Part shown: one piece after another, positions 10,187 to 21,280 of the stretch
Numbering within the stretch: position 1 is the stretch's first letter
Layout of the letters: each line of letters begins with the position of its first letter
Origin: an uncultured Gammaproteobacteria bacterium
Lineage (GTDB): Bacteria > Pseudomonadota > Gammaproteobacteria > CAWCPV01
Reading direction: 5' to 3'
NCBI GenBank assembly: GCA_963797555.1
Contig: CAWCPV010000017.1
Location: 85,161-149,160, forward strand
Length of the DNA: 64,000 bases
Notes under the pieces: generated by a model
What the model was told of the DNA's origin: nothing
The model's input: the letters and a program-made list of their open reading frames with translations, nothing else
Databases searched by the model: none
Position numbers and translations under genes: made by a program

Positions 10187-10559
10187 CACTTGAAGGAATC
10201 GTACTCCGGGGCAGGATCGCATTCCAGGCGAGCTTTTCCGGCCCCCGGAGGGCGGCCTCGCCGGGAAGCCCCGGTTATCGCACCGCCTTTAGTGGAGCCA
10301 TCCACCCCTAGGCAGGCGGCTCCTGCGCCCAATGTGGGCCAGGAAGACCCACCCAAATGCGACCTCGCGATGAACAAGTCCGTCCCGAAAGCCGTCGGTT
10401 GACAACGAGGTGGGCCGGACTGACGCGGTCAGTGGGAAACGCAACGACGTGCAGCGAGCTCCGGAGCCGCCCGTGCGCCGAGTGGCGGCGGCACGTCAGT
10501 GATCTCGCAGTCGACCTCGATAAAGCTCTGAGTCTGGCTGCCTGGACGGCAGCGTCGTC

Positions 10560-10830
10560 CTCGCTCAGGGCGACTCCAGTGAGGAACTGAACCCCGTCTG
10601 GGCCAGCGCGCCGCGGGAGAGTGTCGAGAATCCTGGGCGACTGCTTGGGGATCTCATGGGGTCCGCTAACGGAGACTGGCTTGCCGTCCTTGCCGTTGCT
10701 GCAGCGCACCGGACGGGAGCGGTCTCGATGTTCCCGAAGAGATTGACCGAATTGGCATAGTCCGGGTGAGGTGCAGCCCGAGCCGACGCGCGTAATCGAC
10801 GGCCCGGCCGACCAGCTTGCGCAGGCAGCT
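10560..10830 (-). pseudogene. Fragmented C-terminal remnant of a hypothetical protein
   Basis: Protein-like segments in three successive frames: LRKLVGRAVDYARRLGL, PHPDYANSVNLFGNIE and GKDGKPVSVSGPHE...RILDTL. Confidence 0.3.
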
Positions 10831-10959
10831 CAGCCTCCCATGCCTGCCTCCCTGGCTCAGATGACCCCCATTGTCTTTTGGGTAAGCGCAACGCACCCCC
10901 CGAGCAGGTTCACTGGCTCCAGAGTCCGGGAAGAAAGGCGTTTGCGGCCGAGTTGGCTC

Positions 10960-11349
10960 TCAGATCTCGTCGCGCCACTCATCGTCTTCGTGCCCGGCTT
11001 CATGCGCGTCGTCGGACCCCACGTCCGGCTCCTCCTCTTCCCAGGGCTCGGGTGATTGCTCGATCTCCAGCAGCGAACGGTCCAAGTCCTCATCCGGCCG
11101 ACCGGTCTCGCTATATCCCAAGTCGTCCCGCTGGACATCGTCCAATGGCCCGGTCCAATCCTCCGGAGCCTCCATGGACTCGAGGTCCATCTGATACCAC
11201 TCATCGACGTCGATCTCCTCGAGGTCGCCGTCGAAATGCTGAAGATGGACGGTCCCGCCCGCCTCGTCCAGGGCGACGACTTCGAACTTCTGGTCCTTGT
11301 CCAGGCGCTGATACCAGTCTCCGACCTTCGGGTCAATGTCGGTGCTCAT
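10960..11349 (-). CDS. Small acidic protein, DUF6763-like
   Basis: P.VGDWY...FEVVALDE...HFDGDLEEID...W...APEDWTG pattern; GGAGGAG RBS before the ATG. Confidence 0.72.
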   Translation of the reverse strand: MSTDIDPKVGDWYQRLDKDQKFEVVALDEAGGTVHLQHFDGDLEEIDVDEWYQMDLESMEAPEDWTGPLDDVQRDDLGYSETGRPDEDLDRSLLEIEQSPEPWEEEEPDVGSDDAHEAGHEDDEWRDEI

Positions 11350-11664
11350 CGCTCTCCTCCATGCTGCTGGAGCCGCAGGCACTGCTGGAAGCGCGTGCGT
11401 CCCCCCCGAGCGAATCGGAAGGGGTGCTCGGAACGAATCGATTGGCCCGATGTGCGCGCCGCCTTGCAGGCGGGGCATCGGTGTCGCGCCCGATTCGGGC
11501 GAACGGGATACCCAAGACCGCAGCCCGGGGAAATCCCCTCGTCACGGCGGCGTTACGCGGGACCGCGTGTTCCGACCGCACTGAATATTAGCGGGGAACG
11601 TTCCCGTTGGTCTAGCTGTGGGGCCGGCCAGGGCATGCGGATTCTTCGATGAGGGTTGCCGTGC

Positions 11665-11913
11665 TTAGCTCGACTGCCGCTCGTTCAGATAAGCCACACA
11701 GCCCGCCAGGGTCGACAGCTTAGGATAGTCCAGCTCCGGGACCTTGACGCCGGTCTTCTGCTCCAGAGTGAGGACGAAGTTGAGAAAGTCCACCGAGTCC
11801 ATGTCGAACTGGTCCCGGAAGCTCAGGTTGGGGTCGAGGCCATCGGGGCTTACCTCCGGAGCGATGGTCGAAAGTGCGTCTCTTATTGTGGCTTCCAAGT
11901 CTTGCTCGGTCAC
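11665..11913 (-). CDS. Acyl carrier protein
   Basis: 82 aa, acidic, DMDSVDFL phosphopantetheine-attachment motif, VKVPELDY; 4-bp overlap with the acsA stop. Confidence 0.85.
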   Translation of the reverse strand: MTEQDLEATIRDALSTIAPEVSPDGLDPNLSFRDQFDMDSVDFLNFVLTLEQKTGVKVPELDYPKLSTLAGCVAYLNERQSS

Positions 11914-13658
11914 GCATCGGCCTCCAGAGTGGAAAGGTCCCCTTCGGGGAGACCCAACTCCCGAGCCTTGAGAAAGCGCCGCAGGATTTTGCCGGAGCGC
12001 GTCTTCGGCAGGTCTTGCTGAAACTCGATCTCCTTGGGCGCCACCACGGCGCCGAGGCGCGAGCGCGCGTGCGCCATGAGTGCCCGGCGCAGGTCTTCGC
12101 TGGCCGTGTGGCCCGGCTTGAGGGAGACAAATGCCTTCACGATCTCGCCGGCGACGGGGTCCGGCTTGCCTATGACGCCCGCTTCGGCCACGGCAGGGTG
12201 TTCCACGAGTGCCCGTTCGACCTCCACGGGACCGATCAGATGCCCCGACGACTTGATCGCGTCGTCAGTGCGGCCCAGGAACCAGAAGTAGCCATCCTCG
12301 TCCTCGCGTGCGAGGTCGCCGCTGAGGTACCAGCCGTCGACGAAGCACTGCCGGTACCGCTCTTCATCGCCCAGATAGCCGCGGAACATGGAGGGCCACC
12401 CCGGCCGCAGCGCCAGCTCCCCCGGCGCATTGGCGTGCGCCATGGGGCTGGCACCGCCGTCCTCCGTACGCTGCACGACCGTCGCCTGCACCCCGGGTAG
12501 AGGCTTGCCCATGGACCCAGGCTTGATGTCGAGGGTCGGCATGTTGGCGATCATGATGGCGCCGGTCTCGGTCTGCCACCAGGTGTCGTGGAACGGCAGA
12601 CCGAACGCCTCCTGCCCCCACAGCACACCCCCGGGATCCAGGGGCTCGCCGACACTCGCCAGAAACCGCAGGCTGCGGGTGTCATAGCGGCGGGCTATGG
12701 TGCTGCCGAGCCGCATCAGCAGGCGTATCGCCGTCGGGGCGGTGTACCACACCGTGACCTTGTGCTCCTGGAGGATGCGATACCAGCGCTCGGGGTCGAA
12801 GGCTTCGCGATCCGCGATGACAGTGGCGCCGATGGTCAGCGGAGCGATGATGCCGTACGACGTGCCGGTCACCCAGCCCGGGTCTGCCGTGCACCAGAAA
12901 ACATCCTGCGGGTGCAGGTCCAAGGCGATGCGAGCGGTCGCATGGTGGGCGATGACCGCCCCGTGAACATGCACGGCCCCCTTCGGCCGCCCGGTGGTCC
13001 CGCTGGTGAAGTGGATGAGCGCGTCGTCCTCGGGCCGGGTCCTCTCGACATCGAAGGACTCGTTTGCCTGCTCCAAAAGTCCCCGGAAGGCCAGGGTTCC
13101 GGAAGGTCCGCGCGCCTGCGCCGGGCCGTCGACCAGGATGACGTGGCGCAGGCTTGGAAGGTCGCGCAGCAGGCACTCCACCTTGCGGCGGTACGTGGCC
13201 TGTGTCGTCACTAGGACCTTGGCCTGCCCCGTCGCGAGCCGCGCGCAAAGCGGATCGGGCCCGAAGCCCGAGAACAAGGGACAGAAGACGCTGCCGTTCT
13301 TGAGTGTGCCGAGGGCGGTGAGATACAGCTCGGGTACTTGCCCCAGGGCCGTGAAAACACGGTCTCCCTTGTTCACCTCGAGAGAGCGCAGGACGTTGGC
13401 GAACCGGTTTGTCAGCGCCTGCAGGGCACCATAGGTATATTCACGCACCTGCTCCGTGCGGTCGAGGCACCGCAGGGCGAGATGGTTGCGCCGCGGTCCG
13501 TTGGCGTGGCGGTCCACGGCCTCGTATGCGATGTTGAGACCTCCGCCGGGGAGCCCGGCCAGTTCGAGCCCTGCGGCTCCCCAGGAGAATGTCTCGCCGG
13601 TGGGGCCGGGACGCAGCGAATGCGCTGGCCGGATCCCGCTGCCTCGCGGTTTGCGCAT
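11910..13658 (-). CDS. acsA: Acetate--CoA ligase (AMP-forming)
   Basis: [31 protein letters not shown] and [11 protein letters not shown]. Confidence 0.88.
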   Translation of the reverse strand: MRKPRGSGIRPAHSLRPGPTGETFSWGAAGLELAGLPGGGLNIAYEAVDRHANGPRRNHLALRCLDRTEQVREYTYGALQALTNRFANVLRSLEVNKGDRVFTALGQVPELYLTALGTLKNGSVFCPLFSGFGPDPLCARLATGQAKVLVTTQATYRRKVECLLRDLPSLRHVILVDGPAQARGPSGTLAFRGLLEQANESFDVERTRPEDDALIHFTSGTTGRPKGAVHVHGAVIAHHATARIALDLHPQDVFWCTADPGWVTGTSYGIIAPLTIGATVIADREAFDPERWYRILQEHKVTVWYTAPTAIRLLMRLGSTIARRYDTRSLRFLASVGEPLDPGGVLWGQEAFGLPFHDTWWQTETGAIMIANMPTLDIKPGSMGKPLPGVQATVVQRTEDGGASPMAHANAPGELALRPGWPSMFRGYLGDEERYRQCFVDGWYLSGDLAREDEDGYFWFLGRTDDAIKSSGHLIGPVEVERALVEHPAVAEAGVIGKPDPVAGEIVKAFVSLKPGHTASEDLRRALMAHARSRLGAVVAPKEIEFQQDLPKTRSGKILRRFLKARELGLPEGDLSTLEADA

Positions 13659-13829
13659 TGTCGGTCAACCCACCCTTTCTCTCCCTGCCGCACACGGCGC
13701 CCAGTTGCCGGGTGAGGCGGATGCGGCCATCATTATGGCCCTGGACGGCATCCGGCTGCACGCTTCGGTGCGCCGCGTGACGCAGCCATGCGGACCCGAG
13801 GGGTGGGCTTCGGTGGTCGAGAGCCTGGC

Positions 13830-16511
13830 GTGACCGTGCGCAATTTGGAGTTCCTGTTCCGGCCGAAGTCTATCGCTCTGGTGGGGGCCGGCACGTCCCC
13901 CGCGTCCCTGAGCGCGTTGCTCGCTCGCAACCTGTTCACCGGCGGGTTCGACGGTCCGGTGATGCCGGTCGACCCGCAGCGCCGCGTCATCGAGAGCGTG
14001 CTCACCTATCCGGACATCGGAAGCCTCCCGGTGACGCCCGACCTCGCGGTGATCAGCACACCGCCCGACCTGGTGCCAGGCATCATCGCCGAGCTGGCAG
14101 CGCGGGGAACGCGGGCCGCCGTGGTCGTCAGTGCCGGCGTTGGGGAGAGCGTGGAGCGGCGCGGTCGCGAGCTGCAGCAGGCGCTGCTGGATGCTGCCAA
14201 GCCTCACCTGATGCGCATCATCGGCCCCAACTGCCTCGGCATCATGGTGCCAGGCGCGGGTCTGAATGCGAGCGTCTCGCACCTCGCCCCCGCGTCAGGG
14301 CGCTTGGCCTTCGTCGCCCAGTCCGGAACCATCGTCACCTCGGTCCTGGACTGGGCACATTCCCGATCCATCGGCTTCTCTCACTTGATCTCGTTGGGCG
14401 ACATGGCCGACGTGGACTTCGGGGACATGCTGGACTATCTGGCGAACGACGCCGCCACCCAGGCGATCCTGCTCTACATCGAGGCGGTGACCAATGCCCG
14501 CAAGTTCATGTCGGCGGCCCGGGCCGCCGCACGCATGAAGCCGGTCCTCGTGGTGAAGGCGGGGCGGCACGCGGAAGGCGCCCGTGCCGTGGCCTCCCAC
14601 ACCGGCGTTCTGGCCGGGGTCGATGCGGTCTACGGCATGGTGTTCCGGCGGGCGGGAATGCTGCGCGTGTTCAGCCTGGAGGAGCTGTTCGATGCGGTCG
14701 AGATCCTCGCCATGGTACGTAGGCCGCGCGGGGATCGGCTGGCCATCCTGACCAACGGGGGTGGGATGGGGGTGCTGGCGACGGACGCCCTCATCGACCG
14801 AGGCGGGCGTCTCGCAGACCTGTCATCAGAGACCCTGTCGAGGCTGGACCAGGTCTTGCCGGCGGGCTGGTCGCGCGGCAACCCCGTGGACCTCATGGGA
14901 GACGCGGCCAGCGAACGGTACGCGGACACGCTGCGGGCGCTGGCCGAGGACGACGGTGTGGACGCGGTGCTGGCGATCAGTTGTCCTACCGGCCTCGCGA
15001 CCGGTACCGAGGCGGCTCGGGCGGTGGTGCACGCGGCGTCCGGCCGGACTGGGCCCCCGGTGCTCACCAACTGGGTGGGCGGCCAAACCGCCGCGCCGGC
15101 GCGACGTCTGTTTGTCGAGCACCGCATCCCCACCTACGACACGCCCGAGCAGGCGGTGCGGGCCTTCATGTACATGGTGGACTACCGCCGCAGCCAGGAG
15201 ATGTTGACCGAAACGCCGCCCTCGGTGCCCCAGGACTTCTCTCCCGACCAGGATCGGGTGCGGGCGGCCCTGGAACAGGCATTGGCACAGGACCGCTGCT
15301 GGCTGAGCGAGCCTGAGGCGAAGGAGGTGCTCGCCGCCTACGGCATCGCCGTGGTGCCGACGCGTGTCGCCGCCACCCCGCACGAGGCCGCTGCGGCGGC
15401 GGCGGAGATCGGCGGGCCGGTAGCGCTCAAGATCCTCTCGCCCGACATTGGCCACAAGTCCGAGGTCGGCGGAGTTGCCGTCGACCTGTACGGGCCTGGT
15501 GCGGTGCGCGACGCGGCGGCCGGTATGCTGGAGCGCGTGGGGAAGAGCGTCCCGAACGCGCGGCTGTCGGGGTTCAGCGTCGAGCCGATGGTCCGTCGGC
15601 CCGGCGCCTACGAGCTGATCGTCGGGGTCACGGCGGACCCGCAGTTCGGGCCAGTCATCCTGTTTGGCCACGGGGGGACCGCCGTCGAGGTGGTAAACGA
15701 CAAGGCGCTAGGGATGCCTCCCCTGAACATGCACTTGGCGCAGGAGGTGATGTCGCGTACCCGCATCTATCAGCTCCTCAAGGGCTACCGCGGCATGGCC
15801 CCGGCCAACCTGGACGCCATCGCCCTAACGCTCATCCGGGTTGCTCAATTGGTGATCGATGTTGCGGAGATCGTCGAGTTGGACATCAATCCGCTGCTCG
15901 CCGATGAATACGGGGTGGTGGCGCTGGATGCACGCATGAAGGTGGCCCGGGCGACGGGCTACGCGACCGACCGGCTGGCCATCCGTCCCTATCCCAGCGA
16001 GCTGGAGGAGAACATTCCACTAGGGGATGGACGCACTCTGCTGCTGCGCCCCATCCGCCCGGAGGACGAGCCGTCTCTGCAGGCGGCCTTCGCCAAGCTC
16101 AGCGCCGAGGAGATCCGCCAGCGCTTCTTCGTGCCCATGAAGACGCTCTCCCACGTGACCGCGGCGCGTTTTACCCAGATTGACTACGACCGTGAGATGG
16201 CGCTCATCCTCACCCAGCCTGGCATCCCCGGGAAGACCGACCTCTACGGCGTTGTCCGATTGAGCGCGGATCCCGACAACGAGCGGGCCGAGTACGCCAT
16301 CATCGTGCGCGGTGACATGACGGGGATGGGACTCGGTATCGTCCTCATGCGGCGCATCATCGACTATGCCCGCAGCCGCGGGCTTCGCGAGATCTATGGC
16401 GACGTGCTGCAGGACAATGCCACGATGCTCAAGCTGTGCCGCGCATTCGGCTTTTCCCAGGCGGTGCTGCCCGATGACCCGACCATCGTCCGGGTGACTC
16501 TGAGGCTGTGA
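13830..16511 (+). CDS. Pat/PatZ-type protein lysine acetyltransferase (NDP-forming acyl-CoA ligase-like domains + GNAT)
   Basis: GPNCLG, SLGDMADVDFGD, NPVDLMGDA, DPQFGPVILFG, ELDINPLLAD and C-terminal GNAT (RPIRPEDE...IDYDREMA). Confidence 0.92.
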   Translation: MTVRNLEFLFRPKSIALVGAGTSPASLSALLARNLFTGGFDGPVMPVDPQRRVIESVLTYPDIGSLPVTPDLAVISTPPDLVPGIIAELAARGTRAAVVVSAGVGESVERRGRELQQALLDAAKPHLMRIIGPNCLGIMVPGAGLNASVSHLAPASGRLAFVAQSGTIVTSVLDWAHSRSIGFSHLISLGDMADVDFGDMLDYLANDAATQAILLYIEAVTNARKFMSAARAAARMKPVLVVKAGRHAEGARAVASHTGVLAGVDAVYGMVFRRAGMLRVFSLEELFDAVEILAMVRRPRGDRLAILTNGGGMGVLATDALIDRGGRLADLSSETLSRLDQVLPAGWSRGNPVDLMGDAASERYADTLRALAEDDGVDAVLAISCPTGLATGTEAARAVVHAASGRTGPPVLTNWVGGQTAAPARRLFVEHRIPTYDTPEQAVRAFMYMVDYRRSQEMLTETPPSVPQDFSPDQDRVRAALEQALAQDRCWLSEPEAKEVLAAYGIAVVPTRVAATPHEAAAAAAEIGGPVALKILSPDIGHKSEVGGVAVDLYGPGAVRDAAAGMLERVGKSVPNARLSGFSVEPMVRRPGAYELIVGVTADPQFGPVILFGHGGTAVEVVNDKALGMPPLNMHLAQEVMSRTRIYQLLKGYRGMAPANLDAIALTLIRVAQLVIDVAEIVELDINPLLADEYGVVALDARMKVARATGYATDRLAIRPYPSELEENIPLGDGRTLLLRPIRPEDEPSLQAAFAKLSAEEIRQRFFVPMKTLSHVTAARFTQIDYDREMALILTQPGIPGKTDLYGVVRLSADPDNERAEYAIIVRGDMTGMGLGIVLMRRIIDYARSRGLREIYGDVLQDNATMLKLCRAFGFSQAVLPDDPTIVRVTLRL

Positions 16512-16961
16512 CGCCGATCCCCGGGTGCGTGGCCCCCGAGGCTGAGGTCGCGGGACGAGTCGAGATGTAGCCTCAGCGATGCGGCCGGTCCCGCCATGCT
16601 CGCGCGGCCTTGGCCCCGTCCATATTCCGCGAAAAGGGCCGCTGGCGCTGCCTCTGTCCTGATTCGCACGCTGCCTGGATCTTCGTCCACGGCAATCTGA
16701 ACCGTGTAGCGGATCGCAGCGACGGCGAGGTCGTCTCCGGCATTGCGCCTCGCCGGCTGGAGGACCCCGTGCATCCCTGCATGGGCGGCCGCGCGCGCCC
16801 GTTCGTCGCCCAGGTTTCGAGCCACGGCGAAGTGGAAGACGGGCCGTGGAGCGCGTCAATGCTACCGCGCGTTCGTCTCGGCGCGCCGGCGGAGCGCGAC
16901 CGCGCTCGTGGCGTTCCCGTCGCAGCTTGGGAGGAACGCGGAGACCCGCGCAGCAATCCTA

Positions 16962-18046
16962 CTAGTGTAGTGCTTCATTCTGTTTAGAACTTAAACGTGC
17001 GTTGGCGCGGATGACCTTCTGCAGGATGTCCTTAGCCTTGGCGGTCCAGATGAAGGGTTTGGGATTGGCGTTGTGGGCATCGACATAGCGGTTGATGGCA
17101 GGGATCAACTCGGGGACGCTTCGAAACACGCCACGGCGCAACCGATCCACAGTCAGGTCGCGGAAGAATCGCTCGACCATGTTCAACCAGGATGCTGAGG
17201 TGGGCGTGAAATGGATGTGGAAACGCGGGTGTTTTCCCAGCCATTTCTGAACGTTGGGATGTTTGTGGGTGGCGTAGTTGTCGCAGACCAAGTGCAGTTC
17301 CTTGTCCTTGGGCGTCTCGCGGTCGATTTGGCGCAGGAAGGTGAGCCACTCCGTGTGGCGATGGTGCGGCTCGCAGCGGGCAATCACGGAACCCTCCAAG
17401 GTGTTCAGGGCAGCAAACAGTGTCGTGGTGCCATGGCGCTTGTAGTCATGGGTCATGGTCGCAGCCCGCCCCTTCTTCAGCGGCAGGCCAGGTTGGGTAC
17501 GATCCAGCGCCTGAACCTGACTCTTCTCGTCGCAGCACAACACCAAAGCATGCTCCGGGGGGACAGATACAGCCCGACGATGTCCTCCAACTTCTCGGTG
17601 AATTTCGGGTCGCGCGATACCTTGAAGGATTCGACACGATGCGGCTTCAGCCCATGGGCATGCCACACGCGCAGCACCGTGGTGTCGCTCACTCCCATTT
17701 CCTTAGCCAGGGTCCGCGTACTCCACTGTGTCGCTGCTAAGGGCTGGGTCTGAGTCGTGCGTCGCACGATCTCGGCGGCATCCACCTTGGGCTGACGACC
17801 TCCGCGCGGCAGGTCACACTCGATGGCCGCCAGCCCGCCTTGCGCATAGCGCTCCCGCCAACGCCCAACCTGCACACGCCCAATCTTGAGTTCCGCCGCG
17901 ATGGCCTTGTTCTCCATGCCCACCGCCGCCAACAGCACAATGCGCGCTCGGCGGGCCAGCCTCACACTCGTGGTGTTCGAACGCGACACACGCCTCAGGC
18001 TCCGCTGTTCTTCCGCGCTCAGTCGGACCATCGGGGCTACTCGCAT
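16962..18046 (-). CDS. IS630 transposase (frameshift in a G/C run near 17560)
   Basis: N-terminal HTH in ORF 17477..18046; [26 protein letters not shown] and [10 protein letters not shown] in ORF 16962..17666. Confidence 0.9.
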
Positions 18047-18126
18047 CAGTGCTCTCCTGTCTTGGCTTCATAGCCCTGGACAGCGATAGATCATATATGT
18101 TCCGTTAATTACCAAGCACTACACTA
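16963..18126 (-). mobile_element. IS630-family insertion sequence
   Basis: Inverted ends tagtgtagtgctt (16963-16975) and aagcactacacta (18114-18126), including the TA target dinucleotide, enclosing the transposase. Confidence 0.9.
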
Positions 18127-18172
18127 AGTATTCAGACCGCCCGCGGGACGACCAAGGGAAGACGGTGGCCTC

Positions 18173-20005
18173 ATGCGCGAACTGACTCCGACTCCTGCGA
18201 ACATGCACCCGATCTCCGCCGGGGAGGCGGGCACGCTCCCCGGCCTGTTCCGCATCCGGGTGGCCCGTACACCCGAAGCCATTGCCTACCGGCAGTACGA
18301 CGCCGGGCAGGGTGTTTGGAAATCCTACCGCTGGTCAGAGATGGAGCGTCGAGTGGCGCGGTGGCGTGGCGCTTTGGCCGAAGAACGTCTGGCAGACGGG
18401 GAGCGGGTGGCTGTCCTGATCACCAACAGCGTCGAGTGGGTGTGTCTCGACCAGGCGGCCCTGTCGCTGGGGCTAGTGGTGGTCCCCCTGTACACGACGG
18501 ACACCCCGGGCAACCTTGCCTACATCCTGGCGGACAGCGGGGCCCGGTTGCTTCTGGCGGCGACTCGCGAACAGTGGGAGGCACTCACACCCTTCAGGGA
18601 GAAGCTGGCCGCGCTGCAAAGGGTGGTCTGCCTGCAAGAGGTGAGCGGCGTGCAGGAGCCGCTCATGGGCCTGGAGACGTGGTTGCAGCGGGGTACGGGC
18701 GATGTCGCCCCGGTGCAGGGGCGGCCAAACGATTCCGCGACCATCGTCTACACCTCCGGTACCACGGGCCCGCCCAAAGGGGTGATCCAGTCTCACTATG
18801 GCATCCTGCACAACGCCGAGGCGGTGCTTCGCACCATACCCGGCTACCCGCAGGACCTGTTCCTGTCATTTCTGCCGCTCTCCCACAGCTTCGAACGCAC
18901 GGTCGGGTACTACCTTCCCATGATGGCCGGGGCCTGTGTGGCCTACGCGCGTTCCGTCAAGGACCTGCCCCAGGACCTGGTCACCGTGCGACCGACCGTA
19001 CTGCTCGCCGTCCCGCGGGTATTCGAGCGCATCTACGCCGGCTTGCAGCGACAACTGCAGGAACGAGGCTACATCGCCCGGATGCTGTTCGCCGGGGCGG
19101 TGGAGGTGGGGCACGAGCGCTTCGAGCACCTGCAGGGGCGGAGCGCACGGCCGGCCGTGCATAGGCGCTTGCTGTGGGCGATACTGCGCCGCCTCGTGGC
19201 GGCCAGGGTGATGGAACGACTGGGCGGAAGGCTGCGCCTGGTCGTGAGCGGGGGCGCGCCTCTGTCCCCCCAGGTAGCCCGCTGTTTGGTCAGCCTGGGG
19301 GTCCCCCTCATCCAGGGTTATGGGCTCACCGAGGCGTCGCCGGTGGTCTCCGCGAACCAGATCCACGACAATCTCCCGGAGTCGGTGGGCGGTCCCTTGC
19401 CTGGGGTCGAAGTGCGCCTATCGGAGGAGGGAGAGCTTCTCGTTCGGGCGCCCAGTGTGATGCTGGGCTACTGGAACAGGGCCGAAGAAACGCGGCTCAG
19501 CGTCGACGACGACGGCTGGCTGCACACTGGGGACAAGGCCGATCTCAGGGAAGGCCGCATCCACATTCACGGGCGCATCAAGGACGTCCTGGTGCTGTCC
19601 ACGGGCGAGAAGGTCTCTCTCGGGGATCTGGAGACCGCTATCACGCAACACCCGCTCTTCGAGCAAGCCATGGCCGTGGGGGAGGGGATGCCGTACGTGG
19701 GCGCGCTAGTGGTGATGGAGCGTTCCGCCTGGCGAGATCTCGCCGCCGCCCTCGGCCTGGATCCCGACGACGACTCGTCTCTCCATACCTCAACAGCTCG
19801 CGAGGCGGTGCTGGAGAGAATTCGGCTGCTCCTTGGCCATCTTCCGAGCCATGCCCAGGTCCGAGCCGTGCACTTGCTCCCGGAGCCGTGGACGGTGCAG
19901 GACGGCCTCCTGACGCCCACCATGAAGCTGAAGCGGGCCGCCATCGAGGAACGCTTCCGAGAGGCTATCCGCGGCCTGTATGCGGGCCACGACGTATCGT
20001 TCTGA
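18173..20005 (+). CDS. Long-chain fatty acid--CoA ligase (AMP-dependent synthetase)
   Basis: YTSGTTGPPKGV, LPLSHSFER, GYGLTEASP, WLHTGD and LTPTMKLKR. Confidence 0.9.
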   Translation: MRELTPTPANMHPISAGEAGTLPGLFRIRVARTPEAIAYRQYDAGQGVWKSYRWSEMERRVARWRGALAEERLADGERVAVLITNSVEWVCLDQAALSLGLVVVPLYTTDTPGNLAYILADSGARLLLAATREQWEALTPFREKLAALQRVVCLQEVSGVQEPLMGLETWLQRGTGDVAPVQGRPNDSATIVYTSGTTGPPKGVIQSHYGILHNAEAVLRTIPGYPQDLFLSFLPLSHSFERTVGYYLPMMAGACVAYARSVKDLPQDLVTVRPTVLLAVPRVFERIYAGLQRQLQERGYIARMLFAGAVEVGHERFEHLQGRSARPAVHRRLLWAILRRLVAARVMERLGGRLRLVVSGGAPLSPQVARCLVSLGVPLIQGYGLTEASPVVSANQIHDNLPESVGGPLPGVEVRLSEEGELLVRAPSVMLGYWNRAEETRLSVDDDGWLHTGDKADLREGRIHIHGRIKDVLVLSTGEKVSLGDLETAITQHPLFEQAMAVGEGMPYVGALVVMERSAWRDLAAALGLDPDDDSSLHTSTAREAVLERIRLLLGHLPSHAQVRAVHLLPEPWTVQDGLLTPTMKLKRAAIEERFREAIRGLYAGHDVSF

Positions 20006-20050
20006 ATGAGAGCCTCGGTGTCTCTCCGCCGGGCCAGCCATCCTCAGGCG

Positions 20051-20833
20051 TCAATGGCCCAAATCGAAAAGGGACGAGACGGCATCCCGCGCGCGGTCGT
20101 ACCAGCCCTTCACCGTCTCCAGTATCCCGTGGTCGGTCTCCGCTGCGGGCGTCTGGCGCGGCTCTTGCCGCTTGGTCCGCAGGGAATCGGTCTTCGCCGC
20201 CGGCGCGGCTTCCGCGGGCGTTTGCACCGCTCGCTCCCGCGTTCGTGGTGCCGCTGTGCCAGGGGCAGGGGCTGGCTGCTCAGTAGGTGGCTGGATGGAG
20301 GGGGGTGGAGTGGCAGGCTCGCCGAAGGCGGGCAGCGGCTCCCTCGGCCGGGAGGGCACAATAGGGGCCGTCGGAACGGCTGGGGCTTGAACGATTCCCC
20401 GCGGGCTCGCGGGCGCAGCGCCTGATTCGTTCTGGGTGGGAGCCGGCTGTGCGCGGGATGGTTCGGTGCCCGGCATCGGCCGGGGATAGGCTCCGGATCG
20501 ATACGGCGTATGCCAACCACCGGGCCCGGCAGCGCCCCCGTATGGCTGCTGTCCATATCCCGGGGGATAGGACCCTTGGGGATAACCCATAGGCCCTTGC
20601 GGTCCGGCCCCGTAGCCCCAGCCGCCGTATCCCTGCCAGCCCGGGCCTCCATACGGGACCCGGCCGTAGCCGGGAGCGCCATAGTACGGCGCCCCGTAGC
20701 TTCCTTGCTCCCCCGGCTGTGGGCTGCCCGTTGCCCGGCCGGCCGTCTGCCCGCACACTGCGACAGAGTGTAGCGAGATCAGAAGCCCCCCGAAAACCAG
20801 CGTTGCCACTGTCGGCATGAATGTTTTGCGCAT
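20051..20833 (-). CDS. Exported Gly/Tyr/Pro-rich low-complexity protein
   Basis: Signal-like N-terminus MRKTFMPTVATLVFGGLLISL with AAGGAG RBS; YGAPYYGAPGYG-type repeats, Pro/Ala linker, amphipathic C-terminus. Confidence 0.6.
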   Translation of the reverse strand: MRKTFMPTVATLVFGGLLISLHSVAVCGQTAGRATGSPQPGEQGSYGAPYYGAPGYGRVPYGGPGWQGYGGWGYGAGPQGPMGYPQGSYPPGYGQQPYGGAAGPGGWHTPYRSGAYPRPMPGTEPSRAQPAPTQNESGAAPASPRGIVQAPAVPTAPIVPSRPREPLPAFGEPATPPPSIQPPTEQPAPAPGTAAPRTRERAVQTPAEAAPAAKTDSLRTKRQEPRQTPAAETDHGILETVKGWYDRARDAVSSLFDLGH

Positions 20834-21009
20834 CGTCCGCTCCTTCAGCATGAGGGATGGCCAGCCGCACCATTGCCTCGCCTGGCGCGCCCCTGGAGAC
20901 GTCCCCGGCACGCCCGTCCGGCGCCGGCAGCACCGGCTCGATAGCTCGCGGCTCATTCAGTCATCCTAAATCAGATCGCGCGACGCGCGCGAGGTCTAGT
21001 CTTTTCCAA

Positions 21010-21135
21010 TGTTAGCCCCAAGTAGTAATGTCCCCTCTGTGCAAGGTAGAAATGTCCCCTTTTGGTGGCAACCGATGGGGTTAGGCGTTGGCAGAGGAGG
21101 TCTTGAGTGTGAGCAGGAAAGGAGTTGCGTCTTAA
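21010..21135 (+). mobile_element. Orphan IS left end (ISNCY/IS1202-like)
   Basis: Begins TGT, carries direct repeats gtagtaatgtcccct (21022-21036) and gtagaaatgtcccct (21046-21060), then an RBS and a few codons; no transposase follows. Confidence 0.55.
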
Positions 21136-21280
21136 CGCCTGGGCCTTGTAGAACTCCCAGTACGACTCGGATTCGCCGCTGGAGGCGAGCGAGCGCAGGG
21201 GCGCCCGTCGTGACCCCTTGCGCGGGCCGCCTGTGGGGTGGAGACTGGATCTGCGTGTGGCTGTGGCTTGGAGGTCTCCA

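Noticed and set aside
16512-16960. Short ORFs between the Pat gene and IS630
   Set aside because: No recognisable motif or RBS; possibly a gene remnant but unsupported.
17550-17570. Programmed frameshift in IS630
   Set aside because: Cannot be told apart from a homopolymer error; one extra C restores LSPPEH.
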